DNA from: Octopus bimaculoides | Lineage: Eukaryota | Direction of reading: 5' to 3' | DNA: 35,653 nucleotides | Assembly (NCBI RefSeq): GCF_001194135.2 | Contig: NC_068994.1 | Coordinates: 47,136,506-47,172,158, forward strand | Shown here: in pieces, positions 34,301 to 35,653 of the stretch | Layout of the letters: the number at the start of each line of letters is the position of its first letter | Position numbering within the stretch: position 1 is the first letter of the stretch | Notes under the pieces: generated by a model | The model's database searches: none | Seen by the model: only the letters and a program-made list of their open reading frames with translations | Told to the model about the DNA's origin: nothing | Translations under genes and position numbers: made by a program

Positions 34301-35161
34301 AGCCTCTATATCCTCCTCTTCCTCCTCACAGCATGCATCAGTTCTTTTTTAAACCAAGGGACCTTTCAGTTTCTATACCTTCCTACTACATTCTCTTGTG
34401 TTTTGGGGTGCATCTAACTTATAATCTGATGTCACCAATCACTGATTGTAGTAAACAAGCATTATCTTCATCAGTTTACCCATCCATTAAGCATGCATCA
34501 TTTTTGTTATTGTCATGGCTAAGTGGTGAAAAATAAGAAAGAACAAATATATTGCACACTATAACCAAAATAGCCCTATAACACAAATTCAAATTTGCAT
34601 AATTCATATTCGTTTAACGTCTGCCTTCCATGCTAGCATGGGTTGGACGATTTGACTGAGGAATGGCGAACCAGAAGACTGCACCAGGCTCCAATCTGAT
34701 TTGGCAGTTTCTACAGCTGGATGCTCTTCCTAATGCCAGCCACTCTGAGAGTGTAGTGGGCGTTTTTACGTGCCACCGGCATGAGGGCCAGTCAAGCGGT
34801 ACTGGCAACGGCCACGCTCAAATGATGTTTTTCACGTGCCACCTGCACAGGAGTCAGTCAATTGTTTTGTTCACATGTCACCGGCACAAGTGCCAGTAAG
34901 GCGAAATAAGAAAGAAAAAAATATATTGCACACCATTGCCAAAATAACACAGAAATTCGAATTTGCATAATTCATATTAGGGCGTAAAGGAAAAAAGAAA
35001 AAGGGATATCTCTTTGATGATTACTAACTTCTCTATTGTTTAAACCAATGATGTATTAAACTAATAATCATTATTTCAGATATTCCTGGATCTTGCAAGA
35101 TATTCTAGGAGTGTTGTTTTGTATCAATGTCTTGAAAAACCTTCGAATTCCCAGCTTAAAG
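2407..35161 (+). CDS. SPPL2B: Signal peptide peptidase-like 2 (SPPL2A/2B-like) intramembrane aspartyl protease, 5' partial gene: join(2407..2460,11538..11669,12513..12701,16087..16173,16569..16708,23357..23538,32390..32486,33673..33786,35080..35161); continues beyond the window
   Basis: Nine GT-AG-bounded exons with phases 0,0,0,0,2,1,2,2,0 join into a 359-aa stop-free frame. Order of parts: signal peptide, lumenal PA domain (VTVMRGDCSFSVKASIVAKLGAVAII), PGGNKTDY, TM segments ending GSYWSG, LYFFYNYL-VYVVIVIF, and WILQDILGVLFCINVLKNLRIPSLK. I recognise these from memory as SPPL2-family motifs (cf. PPGGNKT, GGYWAG, WVLQDALG...RLPTFK). Lumenal sequons NLS, NES, NKT, NIT. The symbol is nominal: an invertebrate gene is probably co-orthologous to SPPL2A/B/C. 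Confidence 0.93.
4127..4338 (-). mobile_element. tRNA-derived SINE, family A
   Basis: Reverse complement gives taaggtggcgaggtagcagaatcgttaag (A-box-like), gagttcaaattc (B-box-like), and the family A body and tail. Confidence 0.85.
5666..5820. mobile_element. 155-bp hairpin MITE-like element
   Basis: Terminal inverted repeats tattattttggtcgggtcagtctctt / aagagactaactcgaccaaaataata (24 of 26 match); inner pair gtgcacaggg/ccctgtgcac. Confidence 0.65.
8083..8325 (+). mobile_element. hAT-type MITE with a damaged left end (related to 32642-32978)
   Basis: Right end ggtcatgtggaccccagttgagaaccagtg and internal catagccat...tgtttaaaa are shared with the element at 32642-32978. Confidence 0.6.
8334..8613 (+). 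mobile_element. hAT (Charlie-like) MITE, copy 1
   Basis: TIRs caggggttt...aaacccctg; perfect 8-bp TSD ttttagat (8326-8333, 8614-8621), close to the Charlie NTCTAGAN target; highly similar to 14596-14852. Confidence 0.9.
9140..9330 (+). mobile_element. SINE family B, 3' portion
   Basis: cttgacaactggtgttggtgtgtttacgtc...aaggcagtgctccagcatggctgcagtcaaatgactgaaa is shared with 13034-13403, 22404-22545 and 35413-35580. Confidence 0.75.
9390..9531 (-). mobile_element. SINE family B, tRNA-like head portion
   Basis: Reverse complement tatggctgagtagttaagaagcttgc...ggttcaatcctgctctgtggtaccttgcgcaagtgtcttct is similar to the head at 13034. Confidence 0.7.
9996..10858 (+). mobile_element. Rearranged non-autonomous mariner element, copy 1, with an internal fold-back
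   Basis: TIRs ttgggtcatcccataaata / tatttatgggataacccaa followed by TA. 5' HTH remnant RNINAVYGDKTI...FQKF...DEPHPGRSVELDEDILKILVEQNP. 3' SLDIAPNDYHLFRSLQNHLD remnant present on both strands. Confidence 0.92.
11087..11243 (-). mobile_element. Tc1-like transposon 3' end (TIR plus transposase C-terminus)
   Basis: Terminus caggggttggacaaaataat next to a TA run. Minus strand 11243-11139 reads EWIKIPLNEVRKLYQSIPRCIEAVQKAKGRPTPY*, a typical Tc1 C-terminus. Confidence 0.8.
11538..11669 (+). CDS. SPPL2B: SPPL2 exon 2 (ANGQNLEDRAVLSAYGEENPSERVHFCIPYNHEFHVLPESQSAA)
   Basis: Acceptor tttgcag, donor GTAAGC, 132 nt open; FCIPYN..F..LP resembles SPPL2 YCILYN..W..LP. Confidence 0.88.
11750..11997. repeat. 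Degenerate (ACC/ATC)n trinucleotide low-complexity tract
   Basis: Visible repeats; source of the spurious poly-Thr/Ile and poly-Val/Met ORFs. Confidence 0.95.
12199..12445 (-). mobile_element. SINE-like family C, copy 1, with (GAT)n tail
   Basis: gtttctacagctggatgcccttcctaac core shared with 34611-34900 and partly with 24420-24500; catcatcat tail at the left end. Confidence 0.8.
12513..12701 (+). CDS. SPPL2B: SPPL2 exon 3, PA domain (KFYRLVDF...MRGDCSFSVKASIVAKLGAVAIINISPSNESL)
   Basis: Acceptor atttcag, donor GTAAGT, 189 nt open; RG.C.F..KA..A...GA.A.I is the protease-associated domain motif. Confidence 0.93.
13034..13403 (+). mobile_element. Near full-length tRNA-derived SINE, family B
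   Basis: A-box-like tggctgtgtgg, B-box-like ggttcgttcc; body and 3' part (ccagcatgg...ctgaaacaag) match the other family B fragments. Confidence 0.78.
13665..14165 (+). mobile_element. SINE family B 3' portion interrupted by a piggyBac-type MITE
   Basis: Family B sequence runs up to the TTAA at 13744 and resumes after 14071 (gttctggggtc...ccagcatggctgc...gaaac). Confidence 0.72.
13748..14067. mobile_element. piggyBac-type MITE
   Basis: TTAA TSDs (13744-13747, 14068-14071) and TIRs ccctttcgt / acgaaaggg. Confidence 0.82.
14190..14342 (-). mobile_element. SINE family B head fragment
   Basis: Reverse complement of the 13034 head and body (agaagacacttgc, aattt...cttaaccac). Confidence 0.68.
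14596..14852 (+). mobile_element. hAT (Charlie-like) MITE, copy 2
   Basis: Perfect 8-bp TSD cattagtg (14588-14595, 14853-14860). Highly similar to 8334-8613 but lacks a ~22-bp segment between two cgga microhomologies. Confidence 0.9.
15221..15704. mobile_element. Palindromic head-to-head element with tRNA-like heads and hammerhead-like arms, one 12-bp TSD
   Basis: Arms 15221-15437 and 15449-15671 are ~90% reverse complementary by hand count; 11-nt spacer; TSD attgaactaact at 15209-15220 and 15705-15716. Confidence 0.9.
15757..15934. mobile_element. Partial piggyBac-type MITE (ccctttagcatt family)
   Basis: Similar to 28108-28327 (same orientation) and to 18556-18778 and 30346-30543 (opposite orientation). 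Confidence 0.65.
16087..16173 (+). CDS. SPPL2B: SPPL2 exon 4 (IIPGGNKTDYMNINITVALMRDIEFATIK)
   Basis: Acceptor ttcacag, donor GTAAGT, 87 nt; PGGNKT.Y..I.I.VAL motif. Confidence 0.93.
16409..16517 (+). mobile_element. SINE family A 3' tail fragment with (ATT)n
   Basis: gtaccagt...cactggggt...atcgact...cccaaaat.tcaggccttgtg...agtagaaagg(att)n as in 19796-19994; ends ~50 bp before the exon 5 acceptor. Confidence 0.72.
16569..16708 (+). CDS. SPPL2B: SPPL2 exon 5, end of PA domain and first TM (YLGDDIKCQLYSPQPTLFGLTEAVIFLLALISIVIGSYWSGVLFYE-E)
   Basis: Acceptor tctttcag, donor GTTAGT at 16709 (phase 2, matches exon 6); LY.P and G.YW.G motifs. Confidence 0.9.
16979..17032. repeat. Fragment of an unclassified dispersed repeat (family D, motif atttggctgctatttctagcagg)
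   Basis: Related pieces near 24340-24400, 24625-24660, 29550-29720, 30010-30155, 32595-32641, 32979-33170 and 33235-33290. Class not determinable. Confidence 0.45.
17611..17858 (-). mobile_element. RTE-clade LINE ORF C-terminal remnant
   Basis: Minus strand, with a frameshift in an A-run and stops: DIVWETKILKWSFVGHVFRGKDNRRNSKLTEWTPPP/RP...EDFVKFFGTQAWKRKTSDCGWWREHAVAFT*Q*. Matches the RTE KW.WAGH..R..D.RW....EW.P...R..GRP pattern. Confidence 0.8.
18556..18778. mobile_element. piggyBac-type MITE
   Basis: TTAA at both sides (18552-18555, 18779-18782); TIRs ccctttagcatt / aatgctaaaggg. Confidence 0.85.
19560..19994 (+). mobile_element. Dimeric tRNA-derived SINE (two family A units) with a 17-bp TSD
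   Basis: Unit 1 is 19562-19795 and unit 2 is 19796-19994; aatattaagtcctgttc lies at 19543-19559 and 19995-20011. Confidence 0.9.
20505..21125 (-). mobile_element. Three decayed family A SINE copies (~20505-20660, ~20690-20890, ~20940-21125)
   Basis: Repeated reverse-complement motifs actggtacttattttat, aaaggatgaaa, gaatttgaactcaga, taagcatttc. Confidence 0.68.
21139..21362. repeat. Unclassified, probably dispersed repeat bounded by (AAT)n
   Basis: GC-richer block between AAT runs; single copy in this window, recognised only by resemblance. Confidence 0.3.
22010..23035. mobile_element. Chain of SINE units: A(-) ~22010-22140, A(+) head ~22310-22385, B(+) ~22404-22545, A(+) ~22600-22820, A(+) ~22840-23035
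   Basis: Recurring gctggcagaatc, ttctgagttcaaatt, gcctttcatcctttc, gataaa.taagtaccagt and ccttgtgcc motifs. Confidence 0.8.
23357..23538 (+). CDS. SPPL2B: SPPL2 exon 6, charged loop plus TM (NEVTAEG...SVPVVIFLIIVMSTFLLGLYFFYNYL)
   Basis: Acceptor ttgttgtag, donor GTAAGT, 182 nt (phase 2 to 1); LYFFY motif; lies in ORF 23337..23597. Confidence 0.93.
23683..23874 (+). mobile_element. Family A SINE with a 15-bp TSD
   Basis: ttattatccagtggt at 23668-23682 and 23875-23889 flanks a family A copy 145 bp downstream of exon 6. Confidence 0.88.
24420..24500 (-). mobile_element. SINE-like family C fragment
   Basis: tgcccttcctaacaccaa...gagtgtagtgggtgctttttacatgccacc matches 12320-12380 and 34720-34780. 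Confidence 0.7.
26017..26466. mobile_element. Longer piggyBac-type MITE containing degenerate AT-rich tandem units
   Basis: ttaa-ccctttaacatt ... aatgctaaaggg-ttga ends; internal repeats of tatgaatacatc...atctaa. Confidence 0.55.
26831..27711 (-). mobile_element. Internally deleted non-autonomous mariner element, copy 2
   Basis: Same TIRs as copy 1, with TA at 27712-27713. ORF 26898..27131 has PHPPYSLDIAPSDYHLFCSLQNHLD (mariner YSPDLAPSD motif) and RWKSIVENEGE. 5' HTH remnant present, most of the catalytic core missing; 26-bp tandem duplication at 27514-27565. Confidence 0.93.
28108..28327. mobile_element. piggyBac-type MITE
   Basis: TIRs ccctttagcatt / aatgctaaaggg with degenerate TTAA flanks (ctaa, ttat); body shared with the copies at 15757, 18556 and 30346. 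Confidence 0.78.
30346..30543. mobile_element. Partial piggyBac-type MITE
   Basis: Body matches 18556-18778; right end aatgccaaagggattaa. Confidence 0.68.
30922..31269. other. Assembly gap (348 N) between (TA)n and (CA)n microsatellites
   Basis: Run of N flanked by the TA repeat at 30903-30921 and the CA repeat at 31270-31334. Confidence 1.
32390..32486 (+). CDS. SPPL2B: SPPL2 exon 7, TM (VYVVIVIFMVAASIAFYSCFKPFWNYIIPGKQR)
   Basis: Acceptor atttcag, donor GTAAGA, 97 nt (phase 1 to 2); VYVVI.IF...A....YSC..P motif. Not in the ORF track because it is too short. Confidence 0.92.
32642..32978 (+). mobile_element. hAT (Charlie-like) MITE inserted into a family D repeat
   Basis: Ends caggga.actcaact / agttgagaaccactg; near-TSD atctagag / acttagag. 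Confidence 0.78.
33673..33786 (+). CDS. SPPL2B: SPPL2 exon 8 (LKFNICSCCKADIMYKEIVLLMLGFAAGITWLVLRHKP)
   Basis: Acceptor gctttcag, donor GTAAGT, 114 nt (phase 2 to 2); TM ending W.V.R; inside ORF 33572..33790. Confidence 0.9.
34611..34903 (-). mobile_element. SINE-like family C, copy 2
   Basis: Aligns by eye with 12208-12445 (ttccatgc.gcatgggttggac, gtttctacagctggatgc.cttcctaa, gagagt.tagtggg). Confidence 0.82.
35080..35161 (+). CDS. SPPL2B: SPPL2 exon 9 (YSWILQDILGVLFCINVLKNLRIPSLK)
   Basis: Acceptor atttcag, donor GTGAGA, 82 nt; W.LQD.LG..FC...LK..R.P..K is the SPP/SPPL motif just before the YD-bearing TM. Confidence 0.95.
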
Positions 35162-35412
35162 GTGAGAAAATTATTTTATTTTTGGATTAGAAATATAGGG
35201 TGGGGGAATCCCCTAAGTAGCCAGCAGAGTAAGGAAGGGTTACAGAAAATTTAGGGAGTGTTGCAGAAGGCAGACTGAAACATGTAAGATGTGTGATGCT
35301 ACATGGTAGTATAAATATTGAATGTAGAAGATTAATGACCCATGATTGCAGTATTTCAGTTGAAGCAACACTGTGTTCTCTCACTTGAGCTCTGACTTGT
35401 TATCATCTATCT

Positions 35413-35580
35413 TTTGTTTTAGTCATTGAACTGCAGCCATGCTGGGGCACTACCTCAAAGAGCTTAGTTGAGCAAATGAATCCCAGTACTTATTTTTCTA
35501 AGTCTGGTATAAATTCTATCCATCTCTTTTGCCAAACTGCTAGGTTACAAAGACATAAGCAAACCAACCACAGTTATTGA
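35413..35580 (-). mobile_element. SINE family B 3' portion
   Basis: Reverse complement of the ccagcatggctgcag...tgact and agcagtt.ggcaaaagag motifs. Confidence 0.7.
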
Positions 35581-35602
35581 TTGCTGGGAGACTCGTACTC
35601 TT

Positions 35603-35605
<3 letters not shown>

Positions 35606-35653
<48 letters not shown>
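35606..35653. repeat. (CT)n microsatellite running off the window end
   Basis: Directly visible. Confidence 0.98.

Noticed and set aside
35200-35345. Possible RTE-like remnant downstream of exon 9
   Set aside because: Only a faint RL.H..R-like resemblance; not supportable without a search.
1-35653. CRISPR arrays, operons or prokaryotic defence systems
   Set aside because: The DNA is eukaryotic with spliceosomal introns; the recurring motifs are dispersed SINEs and MITEs, not regular repeat-spacer arrays.

Overview
Eukaryotic, AT-rich, repeat-dense DNA. It is probably from an octopus or other cephalopod, inferred from the repeat landscape and not proven. The window holds the 5' nine coding exons of one + strand gene, a signal peptide peptidase-like 2 (SPPL2A/B-type) intramembrane aspartyl protease. 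I reconstructed the exons by hand (2407-35161, 1077 nt, 359 aa). All introns are GT-AG and the phases join into one open frame. The catalytic YD and GxGD exons must lie beyond the right edge. The rest is upstream or intronic DNA filled with decayed mobile elements: a Tx1/L1-like 3' fragment, an RTE fragment, maT-, Tc1- and mariner-type remnants, hAT and piggyBac-type MITEs with intact target-site duplications (TSDs), at least three tRNA-derived SINE-like families, microsatellites and a 348-nt assembly gap. The most unusual structures are four. (1) A ~480-bp head-to-head palindromic element with tRNA-like heads at its centre and hammerhead-ribozyme-like motifs in its arms, bounded by one 12-bp TSD. 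(2) A mariner remnant whose core is replaced by a loop-less ~390-bp fold-back. (3) A dimeric SINE that moved as one unit, one of whose tails resembles the 3' end of the Tx1-like LINE. (4) An ~80-bp duplication bracketing a SINE. No database search could be run, so novelty is not established. Identities were estimated by eye, and most repeat boundaries are approximate.
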